This document shows, piece by piece, positions 42,102-53,670 of a stretch of 64,000 nt of DNA (positions are counted from its first letter, which is position 1; each line of letters begins with the position of its first letter). Source of the DNA: Octopus bimaculoides (taxonomy: Eukaryota). The notes below the pieces were generated by a model. The model was given only the letters and a program-made list of their open reading frames with translations. It was not told the DNA's origin and ran no database searches. A program made the position numbers and the translations under genes. The stretch is from positions 8,595,575 through 8,659,574 of the forward strand of contig NC_068982.1 in the NCBI RefSeq assembly GCF_001194135.2, in the 5' to 3' direction.

Positions 42102-43140
42102 GGTTGTGAGCTGGCACAATCGTTAGCACGCTGGACNNNNNNNNNNNNNNNNNNNNNNNNNNNNNNNNNNNNNNNNNNNNNNNNNNNNNNNNNNNNNNNN
42201 NNNNNNNNNNNNNNNNNNNNNNNNNNNNNNNNNNNNNNNNNNNNNNNNNNNNNNNNNNNNNNNNNNNNNNNNNNNNNNNNNNNNNNNNNNNNNNNNNNNN
42301 NNNNNAAAAAAAAAAAAAAAAAAAAGAAAAGAAAAAATGCCAGACCTTGTGCCGATAGAAGAAAGGATTATTATTCCAGCTAAGTTTTGTGAAAATTTAT
42401 GAACAGGTACTTCTGTGGCCTGTTCTTTGTGCTATTTGCTTCTGTGGTGCTGAGAGTTTTTCAATTCTGTTTTTCTCTTTTTGCTATTCTCTGTTCGTGT
42501 CTGTGTCGAAATTATGAGTAGTGAGCTGTCAGACTTACCAATTCCGTTGATGTTATCAAGAAGATCTTGTTGCCGTTTCTCTGTCTTGCTATTGCCATTT
42601 TTGTTTTTATGTTTTTACTTTGTTATTGAATATCGGTTACAGATGTAGTTTATGTTTAATTATTCTTCCTGGATAATGCCCAGGAATGTTGCGTTCTTTA
42701 GTAAGATGAGGCTGATTTTTATTTCATTGTATTACGATACATTTTCTTTTATGGTTTTTGATGTTTGAAAATCTTTATGAATTCTCTTTCTTAATAAATA
42801 CGGGTGCTCTTTGGGCAAAGTGCTTAGCGGAATTTTGGCTCTTTTTTACGTTGTCCGTCTTCACGTCTATCTTATAATCCCCTTAACTTTCTGGCCTTGT
42901 GCCAAAATTTGAAACCAACACACATATGTGCTTTAAGGAAGTGAGCTTGCGTTACCATCCCAGGAAAAATACTTAGCGATATTTCGGTAATGTTACATTC
43001 TGAGTTCAAGTTTCGCCAAGTAGTTGTTTGCCTTTTAATAGTTTCATGATGGATAAGATAAGGACCAGTCGAGCACTGGTGTCAATGTAATTGACTTATC
43101 CCCTCCCCTGAAATTGCTGGTCTTTTGCCAAAATATGAAA
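41648..43140 (+). mobile_element. Cluster of at least five SINE B fragments separated by (ATT)n and other sequence
   Basis: Repeated gttctgagtt(c/t)aaatt..gaggtc..tttgcc motifs at ~41660-41800, 41825-42010, 42100-42136, 42812-42910 and 42965-43140. Confidence 0.75.
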
Positions 43141-43280
43141 TCAATATGTACGTGTGTTTTGATTATTATCTTGGTGTTCTCTAAAGCAGTGCTGCTCAAA
43201 GTGGTAGTCCACGCACCGGTGTCGGTCCCCGAGCCATCAGCTACCGGTAAGAGGGAAAGTTTCAAGCTGTTTTAATGCTA

Positions 43281-43577
43281 CAGTTCTATATTTAAGAGAT
43301 GAGGAATTATGTAGATTCTTTACATTATTTACGTTTGACGAAAATGACATTTGTCCTCATCTTGTTTGTTGTTGACACAATATTTCGGCTGATATACCCA
43401 CCAACCTTCATCAGGTGTCTTGGGGAAATTTCGAACCTGGGCTCCCATTCCTATGGTGTTTTTCGATGTTATTATTATTATTATTATTATTATTCAGGTC
43501 ACTGCTTGGAGTCGAACTCAGAATCTTGGGGTTAGGAGCCCGCACTCTTGAATAACTATGCCATATGCCCGTGGGCA
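43281..43577 (-). mobile_element. Palindromic tRNA-head/hammerhead element, copy 3 (left arm + centre)
   Basis: Terminus cagttctatatttaagagatgaggaattatgta; HHR 43374-43419 (-); (TTA)n; reverse-oriented tRNA-like head 43495-43570; centre ccatatgccc-gt-gggca. Confidence 0.87.
43374..43419 (-). ncRNA. Minimal type I hammerhead ribozyme with intact core
   Basis: GACAC-CUGAUGA-A-GGUUG-GUGGGUAUAU-CAGCC-GAAA-U-A-UU-GUGUC: 5-bp stem I, 5-bp stem II, loopless palindromic stem III (AAUAUU), AUU triplet. Confidence 0.7.
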
Positions 43578-43622
43578 ATTATGAAGTGAATTTTAGGGCT
43601 AATAAATCTAATATTTTCCTAT

Positions 43623-43667
<45 letters not shown>

Positions 43668-43675
43668 TATATATA

Positions 43676-43709
<34 letters not shown>

Positions 43710-45216
43710 CATATATACATATATATATATATACATNNNNNNNNNNNNNNNNNNNNNNNNNNNNNNNNNNNNNNNNNNNNNNNNNNNNNNNNNNNNNNNN
43801 NNNNNNNNNNNNNNNNNNNNNNNNNNNNNNNNNNNNNNNNNNNNNNNNNNNNNNNNNNNNNNNNNNNNNNNNNNNNNNNNNNNNNNNNNNNNNNNNNNNN
43901 NNNNNNNNNNNNNNNNNNNNNNNNNNNNNNNNNNNNNNNNNNNNNNNNNNNNNNNNNNNNNNNNNNNNNNNNNNNNNNNNNNNNNNNNNNNNNNNNNNNN
44001 NNNNNNNNNNNNNNNNNNNNNNNNNNNNNNNNNNNNNNNNNNNNNNNNNNNNNNNNNNNNNNNNNNNNNNNNNNNNNNNNNNNNNNNNNNNNNNNNNNNN
44101 NNNNNNNNNNNNNNNNNNNNNNNNNNNNNNNNNNNNNNNNNNNNNNNNNNNNNNNNNNNNNNNNNNNNNNNNNNNNNNNNNNNNNNNNNNNNNNNNNNNN
44201 NNNNNNNNNNNNNNNNNNNNNNNNNNNNNNNNNNNNNNNNNNNNNNNNNNNNNNNNNNNNNNNNNNNNNNNNNNNNNNNNNNNNNNNNNNNNNNNNNNNN
44301 NNNNNNNNNNNNNNNNNNNNNNNNNNNNNNNNNNNNNNNNNNNNNNNNNNNTATATATATATATATATATATGTATGTATATATACACATACATGTTACG
44401 TAATGACTGCGTTGAAATGCAATTAAAATAAAGTGGAAATGTTTAACAATGTAGAAAGAAATAAGCTGAGACCCAACACTTTACTAATGATATTTCTGCT
44501 CGGTGCACAACACTTTAGACTAATACTTTGCGAGTGTAGAGCCAGTGAAATCAAATTCCCATTTAGATAATTGTATCACATATAGGAGCTTCCAGAAAGG
44601 CTCTACACATTTTAAATTAAATAGAAGACAATCAAAGAATTAGATGAAACAACACCCATTAATTTTTAGAAACTTTTATATATCTGTAAAAATGTTTCAG
44701 ATGATAAACGTATCTTCTCGGTGATATTCTGAAACTAGTTCAGTCTTTTAACTCAAGAAATAAACAGGATAAAATTTTCCTCAGTTTAACAATCGGAGAA
44801 TGATTAACATACCCCAAAATACGGCTTTTCGAAATCCGTCATTAGCAGCAGTTTTTATTATTCGTAACATATTCATCTTTTGCTACTGCGGAAAGGTAGT
44901 TATGTTTCTTCATACGCAGTGGTTAAACGGATTTACGTGCTCAGGGTTTCTTTCTTAAAGCTATGTGCTGTCAGAACTACGGTGGCCTGAGAGATTTTTC
45001 GCTTGTCAAATTCTATTTATCACAATACACCATCCACATACTGAAGAATCATCATCTGTTGAGAAGGTATTAGCTAACTTCGGTACAACTATCGTGGTGT
45101 TACTGAATATGTTTGTAGTACAGTTGTATGTCATTCATTGTGTTCTTGTTAAAAATCTCAGTAGAGATATGCACCTCAATATCTAGCGAAAGAAGTTTTT
45201 CACAATATTTGATTAT

Positions 45217-45366
45217 AGGCGCAGGCATGGCACTGTAGTAAGAAGCCTTTTTCTCGAGTTCAATCTCACCGCGTGGCACCTTGAGCACGTGTTTTCTACT
45301 ACAACCTCGAGCCGACCAAATCTTTGTGAGTGGATTTGGTAGAAGGAAACTGAAAGAAGCTCGTCG
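45217..45366 (+). mobile_element. SINE family A 5' half (other partial copies: 15692-15846 -, 24713-24918 -, 47150-47365 +, 51457-51619 +, 53712-53915 +)
   Basis: aggcgcaggcatgg..gtagtaagaagc ... gaaactgaaagaagctcgtcg followed by (TA)n. Confidence 0.78.
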
Positions 45367-45394
45367 TGTATATATATATATATATATATGTCTG

Positions 45395-46446
45395 AGAATG
45401 AGATAAAAAAAACCACGGCTGTGAAGATTTTAGAACATTTATAAGTAGAAGGTCTTACAGCTGTTTCCAGGATATTTATTATATCCCTTCATCGGAGACG
45501 GTGTGAGAAAATGGTTAAGCAAGAGTTAATTTAGATAAGATACGAAATAAAGAGTGAAGTGGAAGAATGAAAATAGATGTGAGATTTGCAGGGATATTGC
45601 ATTCGTAGATCCATTGTTTAGGCAGAATGGTGTACATATAAGATTCCAATACCTTGTGAGTAAATTCCAGTAATATTTAAAACTGGTCATTCCAAGTATA
45701 GAGTTTGTACACAGAGCTATTGAATCGAGGGTTTTATTTAAAGTGCCCTAGTAGTAGGGAATGTATTTGTAAGGTCAAATCGAAAACAGGAAGAGAGGAA
45801 TAAAGGAAAGAAAGAAAAAAGGACGAAAGAAAAACAAGGAGAGAGATAATAAAGAGATGAAGACAGGGAAAGTGTACCAGTTAGTGGTCAGCGAAGATAA
45901 CTTGAAAGTAGGAATGGAGAGGTGACGGTCATAGAGAGAAAGATAACGTGTAAGAAGATGATAGGGCTAAGGGTAAAGGAGTGTCAGATATTATTATCTC
46001 TCTCCTTGTCTATCTTTCTTCCTTTTTCTTTCTTTTCTTTATTCCTCTCTTCCTGTTTTCGAATTGACCTTACACATACATTCCATACTTTTAGGTCACT
46101 TTAAATAAAACCCTCGATTCAGTAACACTGTGTACAAACTCTATACTTGGAATGACCAATTTTAAATGCTATCGGAATTTACTCACAGGTATTGGAATCT
46201 TATATGTATACCATTCTGCCTAAATAATGGATCTACAAATGCAATATCCCTGCATATCTCACATCTATTTTCATTCTTCCACTTCACTCTCTATTTCTTA
46301 TCTTATCTAAATTAACTCTTGCTTAACCATATTCTCACATCGTCTCCGATGAAGGGATATAATAAATATCCTGGAAACATCTGTAAGACCTTCTATTTAT
46401 AAATCTTCTAAAATCTTCACAGCCTTCGTTTTTTTCTTCTCATTCT
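45395..46446. repeat. Long inverted repeat: arms 45395-45852 and 45991-46446, 138-bp spacer; Penelope-like
   Basis: Arms are reverse complements (~90% by eye). Each has an HHR-like motif near its outer end (45452-45499 -, 46342-46389 +). (TA)n on both sides. Confidence 0.9.
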
Positions 46447-46611
46447 GAAAATAATTTTTTTATATATATATATACATTCTGATACATGACCTACGTTGGA
46501 CTCCTTATTCCCATAATCACCGAACCTGGAGCTTAACTATGGTCTATCCATAGCACTTACTCAGCATTACCTGACACATTTGGGTCTTATTGACACCGTT
46601 ACCTCTCATAA

Positions 46612-46649
<38 letters not shown>

Positions 46650-47093
46650 NNNNNNNNNNNNNNNNNNNNNNNNNNNNNNNNNNNNNNNNNNNNNNNNNNN
46701 NNNNNNNNNNNNNNNNNNNNNNNNNNNNNNNNNNNNNNNNNNNNNNNNNNNNNNNNNNNNNNNNNNNNNNNNNNNNNNNNNNNNNNNNNNNNNNNNNNNN
46801 NNNNNNNNNNNNNNNNNNNNNNNNNNNNNNNNNNNNNNNNNNNNNNNNNNNNNNNNNNNNNNNNNNNNNNNNNNNNNNNNNNNNNNNNNNNNNNNNNNNN
46901 NNNNNNNNNNNNNNNNNNNNNNNNNNNNNNNNNNNNNNNNNNNNNNNNNNNNNNNNNNNNNNNNNNNNNNNNNNNNNNNNNNNNNNNNNNNNNNNNNNNN
47001 NNNNNNNNNNNNNNNNNNNNNNNNNNNNNNNNNNNNNNNNNNNNNNNNNNNNNNNNNNNNNNNNNNNNNNNNNNNNNNNNNNNNNNNNNNNNN

Positions 47094-47125
<32 letters not shown>

Positions 47126-47399
47126 GTGTGCGTGTTTGTGTGTGTGTTTGTGTGTGTGTGTTTGTCCCACCACCTCACTTGACAACTGATGCTGGTGTGT
47201 TTACGTCCCCCTAACATAGCGGTTCGGCAAAAGACACCGATAGAATAACTACCAGGCTTACAAAGAATAAGCCTAAGAGTCGATTTCTTCGATTAAAAAG
47301 GCGGTGCTACAGCCTGGCCATAGTCAAATGACTGAAACAAGTAAAAGAATAATAGAATAATGGAATGTGCCAAGCAATAATCAATCGAGCCTACTAGTC

Positions 47400-48017
47400 A
47401 TTGTTGTTGGCACTCCGTCGCTTGCGACGACGAAGGTTCCAGTTGATCCGATCAACGGAACCGCCTGCTCGTGAAATTAACGTCCAAGTGGCTGAGCACT
47501 CCACAGACACGTGTACCTATTTCTATTTCTTTACTGCCCACAAGGGACTACACACAGAGGGGACAAACAAGAATAGACAAACGGATTAAGTCGATTATAT
47601 CGACCCCAGTGCGTAACTGGTACTTAATTTATCGACCCCGAAAGGATGAAAGGCAAAGTCGACTTCGGCGGAATTTGAACTCAGAACCCAGTGGCAGACG
47701 AAATACCGCTAAGCATTTCGCCCGGCGTGCTAACGATTCTGCCAGTTCGCCTCCTTTTAGACACGTGTACCCTTAACGTAGTTCTCGGGGAGATTCAGCG
47801 TGACACAGTGTGACAAGGCTGGCCCCTTTGAAATACAGGCACAACAGAAACACGAAGTAAGACTGAGAGAAAGTTGTGGTGAAAGAGTACAGCAGGAGCC
47901 TCGTGGAGCTTTAGGTGTTTTCGCTCAATAAACACTCACAACGCCCGGTCTGGGAATCGAAACCACGATCCTATGACCGCGAGTCTGCTGCCCTAACCAC
48001 TGGGCCATTGCGCCTCC
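47400..48017 (-). mobile_element. tRNA-headed SINE family C (longest copy), interrupted by a SINE B
   Basis: Head ggaggcgcaatggcccagtggttagggcagcagactcgcggtcataggatcgtggtttcgattccc (A and B boxes) at 47955-48017; body shared with copies at 15.3, 34.6 and 50.6 kb. Confidence 0.85.
47518..47758 (-). mobile_element. Full-length SINE B insertion with 13-bp TSD
   Basis: agacacgtgtacc at 47505-47517 and 47759-47771. Confidence 0.92.
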
Positions 48018-48962
48018 ACTAGTCATGAGTAATACATTTTATCCAAAATTATCTTTAAATAAGTGTAAGAAATTTCGGCCTTGGGCCAATAAGACGTAAG
48101 TGAGAAAACTGACGCTAAAATGTTTCTGAACACTAAAACATTAACACGTAGAGACTCAAAAATATAAAAAATGAAACACACTAGGTGTGAAGTCAAGAGA
48201 ACCAATTGCTTATATATAACTGTTCATATTCTTCATCACAGAGCATATGTATTAGAAATAACACTCTGCTCAGAACATAGGACAATATTACATGGTACTT
48301 ATTACTTGGTTTTCTACGAAGATGATCATTGTTATCCTTACACTAAAATTTCATTGATTAAAAACCTTTCCCATAATAGTTAGTAAATATTACTAATCAC
48401 GTTGATGTTATAATGCTAGTATAGTAATGTTTGAAATAAAGTATTTTGACCACTGAAAGTATACATCTACGGAAAAGGAAAATATAAGGAAAAATTTAGG
48501 AAAAATAAAAAAATATATATATATAAAAATAACTTTATAAATACTAAATAATAAATCAAATTTAGAAGTTATCTAAAATGTCATCAAAAAAAGCAATTAT
48601 TCGATCATGGTTTGACATGTACATTATTCATTCATGATTTGACAAGAAAATGTATAAGTGAAAACATCTAATTTCATTTGTTTTACGTGTCAAGAACATA
48701 ACATATTTTGGGAATGGGGGAGGGAGTACAGGGTGTGAGTTCGCTAGGGCAGTGAATTTATGAATGCGAAAAGCGAAGTCTAGTTGAATTTGTAATTTCT
48801 AGTGGCTATGCAAAAAAAAAAAAAAAAAAAAAAAAGTATTTACTATTTACAAGCAGGTTCTATATTATACATGGTGCCTTTTCTGACTCGGAATGAATAT
48901 GGTAAAAATTAAATAGAAAATACCACACACACATACATCCACGCATGCATGCCTACATACAT

Positions 48963-49014
<52 letters not shown>

Positions 49015-49080
49015 GCATACACACATGCGTATACACACACACACACACACAAACACATATATATAATATATATATAACAT

Positions 49081-49680
49081 ATTTTATAAGTCTATACATA
49101 ATTATAACAAGGGATCAGCTTTATGCCTCACCACGCACCGCTAGAAAGAGACGTTAAAGCTCCCATTACCACCTTAAAATCTTTGAGAAACCACACACCA
49201 TATTGTAGGTAAGCAAAAGAAAAATAATGAATGCACAAGGTTGGTTAACTCCGTACCCGATCGAATTTCAAGCATAAAATAAAATTAAGATATTTCACTG
49301 ACTGCTATCATCAGCAGAAGTATTCCATAAGATAAGTTTGCGAGTATTTCATATGATTGGTGACATCGGATGACCAGTATACATCTACACTCGAAAAAAT
49401 ATCCCGCCAAGTATAATTCACATCCCTCTTTTGTGCCCACGTGTTGTGTATTAAGATCTAGACTGCAATAAATGCAATTTCGATCATGGAGTAACTTTAT
49501 TGAAATACTAATTTTAATGTGGGATAAAATCAATAATAATTTTACTAGGTTGTCAGTGGGAAAATAAAAAACCTCAAAATATTTTATAATTATATACATA
49601 ATTATAACAAGGGGTCGGATTATGCCTCACCACACACCGCTAGAAATAGACACTAAATCTCCTATTACCACCTTCAAATC
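49081..49680 (+). repeat. ~100-bp direct repeats, offset ~500 bp (49081-49181, 49581-49680)
   Basis: attttataa..tatacataattataacaaggg..tatgcctcaccac.caccgctagaaa.agac..taaa.ctcc.attaccacctt.aaatc in both; ~80-85% identical by eye. Confidence 0.85.
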
Positions 49681-49778
49681 TCTATAAATATATATATATG
49701 TATATTTGAAAATGTAACTACATGTGAATCATTTGCGATTTTTTTCCTCCGTCTTTCTTTTCTATTGGACTTTCTTCT

Positions 49779-49813
49779 GTTTCTGACGAAGATCCTTACT
49801 CGCAACGTAAAAC
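49779..49813 (+). ncRNA. Degenerate hammerhead-like motif
   Basis: GUUU-CUGACGA-A-GAUCCUUACUC-GCAAC-GUA-AAAC: GAAA mutated to GCAA; stem I and loopless stem III retained. Confidence 0.4.
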
Positions 49814-49894
49814 CACCTTTCTTTCCTTCCCTGAGCGTCTGCTAATACTTTACATGTACCACCTCCTCGCGTTGGTTTTTGTTCGGTCTTCGTT

Positions 49895-49933
<39 letters not shown>

Positions 49934-50594
49934 NNNNNNNNNNNNNNNNNNNNNNNNNNNNNNNNNNNNNNNNNNNNNNNNNNNNNNNNNNNNNNNNNNN
50001 NNNNNNNNNNNNNNNNNNNNNNNNNNNNNNNNNNNNNNNNNNNNNNNNNNNNNNNNNNNNNNNNNNNNNNNNNNNNNNNNNNNNNNNNNNNNNNNNNNNN
50101 NNNNNNNNNNNNNNNNNNNNNNNNNNNNNNNNNNNNNNNNNNNNNNNNNNNNNNNNNNNNNNNNNNNNNNNNNNNNNNNNNNNNNNNNNNNNNNNNNNNN
50201 NNNNNNNNNNNNNNNNNNNNNNNNNNNNNNNNNNNNNNNNNNNNNNNNNNNNNNNNNNNNNNNNNNNNNNNNNNNNNNNNNNNNNNNNNNNNNNNNNNNN
50301 NNNNNNNNNNNNNNNNNNNNNNNNNNNNNNNNNNNNNNNNNNNNNNNNNNNNNNNNNNNNNNNNNNNNNNNNNNNNNNNNNNNNNNNNNNNNNNNNNNNN
50401 NNNNNNNNNNNNNNNNNNNNNNNNNNNNNNNNNNNNNNNNNNNNNNNNNNNNNNNNNNNNNNNNNNNNNNNNNNNNNNNNNNNNNNNNNNNNNNNNNNNN
50501 NNNNNNNNNNNNNNNNNNNNNNNNNNNNNNNNNNNNNNNNNNNNNNNNNNNNNNNNNNNNNNNATATATATATATATATATAAGAGGAGCAGTC

Positions 50595-50883
50595 CACCGG
50601 TTATGACGCTGAGGGTCCCAGCTGATACGATTAACGGAACAGCTGGATCGTGAAATCAAAGTGCAAGTGGCTGAGCACTCCACAGACACGTGTACCCTTA
50701 ACGTAGTTCTCAGGGAGATTCAGCGTGACACAGAGTATGACAAGGCTGGCCCTTTGAAATACAGGACTGCAGCAACGTGAAATAAAGTGACTTGCTGAAG
50801 GACACCACGCATCGCCGGGAATTGAGCTCACGACCTTACGATTGTGAGCCGAACGCCTTAACTACTAAACCACGCGCCTTCAC
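50595..50883 (-). mobile_element. SINE family C copy
   Basis: Body gtggctgagcactccacagacacgtgtacccttaacgtagttctc is uninterrupted here (empty-site equivalent of the 47.5-kb insertion); tRNA-like head at ~50810-50883. Confidence 0.82.
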
Positions 50884-52607
50884 TATATATGTATATAAAC
50901 ACACACACATAGCAATTATGCTAGGAGTTTTCGTCACGTGACTCCAACTAATATGCATTCAGCGTACACAGTTTGGTATGCCATTAATACTCGGGTTTGG
51001 ACTACGGTTGAATATGTAATGTTGCGACTGCTTTTCTGAAGCAACTAGGTCGCAGCTCTCTATAATTCCTGGTATTCGTCAAGGTGATGTAGACACCCCT
51101 GACGAGAACGCGATAAATGTAGATAATCGATAAAGCCTGTTCATAATTTGTTCAATATTCTTCCAAAACTTAAATGTATCCTGGTTATATTTCTACTACG
51201 TATGTTACACAAGCACAGACACACAAACATACATACACACACACATATTTACACACATGCACGAAGACACACACACACACACTCACAGGTAATTGTATAT
51301 TTGGCAGCCATTATTACGCAAAACCTTTATTATGTAAATTCTACGAACTAATCACCAAAAATAAGTATATAAATGGAAAACTTCCACTTCGCAGCTTTCT
51401 GTTACATAGTTTTATATCTCTGTCCTGAAGAATGATTAACATAATACACATATAATAGGTGCATGAATGGCTGTGTGGTAAGAAGGTTACTTCCCAACCA
51501 CATGGTTCTGGTCTCAGTCTCACTGCGTGGCACCTTCGGCAAGTGGCTTCTATTATAGCCCCAGGCCGACAAAGCCTCCTGAATGGATTCGGTAAACGGA
51601 AGCAGAAAGGAGCCCGTCGTATATATAAATATATATATATATANNNNNNNNNNNNNNNNNNNNNNNNNNNNNNNNNNNNNNNNNNNNNNNNNNNNNNNNN
51701 NNNNNNNNNNNNNNNNNNNNNNNNNNNNNNNNNNNNNNNNNNNNNNNNNNNNNNNNNNNNNNNNNNNNNNNNNNNNNNNNNNNNNNNNNNNNNNNNNNNN
51801 NNNNNNNNNNNNNNNNNNNNNNNNNNNNNNNNNNNNNNNNNNNNNNNNNNNNNNNNNNNNNNNNNNNNNNNNNNNNNNNNNNNNNNNNNNNNNNNNNNNN
51901 NNNNNNNNNNNNNNNNNNNNNNNNNNNNNNNNNNNNNNNNNNNNNNNNNNNNNNNNNNNNNNNNNNNNNNNNNNNNNNNNNNNNNNNNNNNNNNNNNNNN
52001 NNNNNNNNNNNNNNNNNNNNNNNNNNNNNNNNNNNNNNNNNNNNNNNNNNNNNNNNNNNNNNNNNNNNNNNNNNNNNNNNNNNNNNNNNNNNNNNNNNNN
52101 NNNNNNNNNNNNNNNNNNNNNNNNNNNNNNNNNNNNNNNNNNNNNNNNNNNNNNNNNNNNNNNNNNNNNNNNNNNNNNNNNNNNNNNNNNNNNNNNNNNN
52201 NNNNNNNNNNNNNNNNNNNNNNNNNNNNNNNNNNNNNNNNNNNNNNNNNNNNNNNNNNNNNNNNNNNNNNNNNNNNNNNNNNNNNNNNNNNNNNNNNNNN
52301 NNNNNNNNNNNNNNNNNNNNNNNNNNNNNNNNNNNNNNNNNNNNNNNNNNNNNNNNNNNNNNNNNNNNNNNNNNNNNNNNNNNNNNNNNNNNNNNNNNNN
52401 NNNNNNNNNNNNNNNNNNNNNNNNNNNNNNNNNNNNNNNNNNNNNNNNNNNNNNNNNNNNNNNNNNNNNNNNNNNNNNNNNNNNNNNNNNNNNNNNNNNN
52501 NNAAATATAAACTGTGAGAACGACCCTTAAGGAATCTAATTAATGATCTCCTAAGGTAAGTTCTTATGCTATATTGGTAACGGTTGCTACATCCTCTGGA
52601 AAAAAAT

Positions 52608-52648
<41 letters not shown>

Positions 52649-52699
52649 GTATGTATGTATATATGTTATATTAGACGGTAAATCAAAACCAAGGCAGAA

Positions 52700-53100
52700 C
52701 GAATATCTCAAGTCATTTAGAATAATTTAATTAGGGTAGGATGAATTTGAAGTCTTACAGCTGTTTCTGAGATAACAGCAAAGGGTTGGTTGGCATGTCC
52801 CTGCACTGGGTGTTCCGTCAGAGACAAGGTATGAATATTTTAGACGAGGAAAATTTTCAGTTTACAAGAAATAAAATTCAAAGTCTATAAGGATTAAAAA
52901 AGAATAAGGAGTAAAAGTATTCAGAAGAATATAAGCAGGGGAATAATGTTCACAGCTCATCTTTTTTTTCCAGAGGATATGAATGTTGGTCGGTACTTCC
53001 ATAAAGGTACAAGCTTTTAGTAAAAATCTCAGGTAAATTTAGGTAATATTTTGGTTGTGTTCTGAATGATGTGTGCATACTGAAAATTTGTATATACAGC
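52700..53100 (-). mobile_element. Probable Penelope-like element 3' end with decayed HHR (52752-52825)
   Basis: GUCU-CUGACGG ... GAAAC-AGCU-GUA-AGAC, the same stem I/III as the 45-46 kb family. Upstream sequence is weakly reminiscent of a GIY-YIG C-terminus. Confidence 0.45.
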
Positions 53101-53141
53101 GAGAATGTATGATGGACATAAATTGGTTTTGTGAGTCGGTG

Positions 53142-53196
<55 letters not shown>

Positions 53197-53579
53197 NNNN
53201 NNNNNNNNNNNNNNNNNNNNNNNNNNNNNNNNNNNNNNNNNNNNNNNNNNNNNNNNNNNNNNNNNNNNNNNNNNNNNNNNNNNNNNNNNNNNNNNNNNNN
53301 NNNNNNNNNNNNNNNNNNNNNNNNNNNNNNNNNNNNNNNNNNNNNNNNNNNNNNNNNNNNNNNNNNNNNNNNNNNNNNNNNNNNNNNNNNNNNNNNNNNN
53401 NNNNNNNNNNNNNNNNNNNNNNNNNNNNNNNNNNNNNNNNNNNNNNNNNNNNNNNNNNNNNNNNNNNNNNNNNNNNNNNNNNNNNNNNNNNNNNNNNNNN
53501 NNNNNNNNNNNNNNNNNNNNNNNNNNNNNNNNNNNNNNNNNNNNNNNNNNNNNNNNNNNNNNNNNNNNNNACGGGTAAA

Positions 53580-53670
<91 letters not shown>

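Larger units (their letters stand above)
498..53570. other. Assembly gaps (approx. 498-1021, 1812-1821, 13595-14033, 19039-19867, 25017-25124, 40709-41165, 42137-42305, 43737-44351, 46650-47093, 49934-50563, 51644-52502, 53197-53570)
   Basis: N runs, most flanked by (TA)n, (CA)n or (GA)n. Confidence 0.98.

Noticed and set aside
42400-42800. Possible jockey/I-clade RT remnant on the minus strand
   Set aside because: Only a faint ATFLGI-like motif; too degraded to call without an alignment.
47940-48017. tRNA gene (also the heads at 39233-39305 and 43495-43570)
   Set aside because: A and B boxes are present, but no complete acceptor stem is evident and each head continues into a multi-copy repeat body; these are SINE heads.
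49289-49314. CUGAUGA...GAAA string as a hammerhead
   Set aside because: Stems I and II cannot be formed; kept only as context for the 49-kb repeat.
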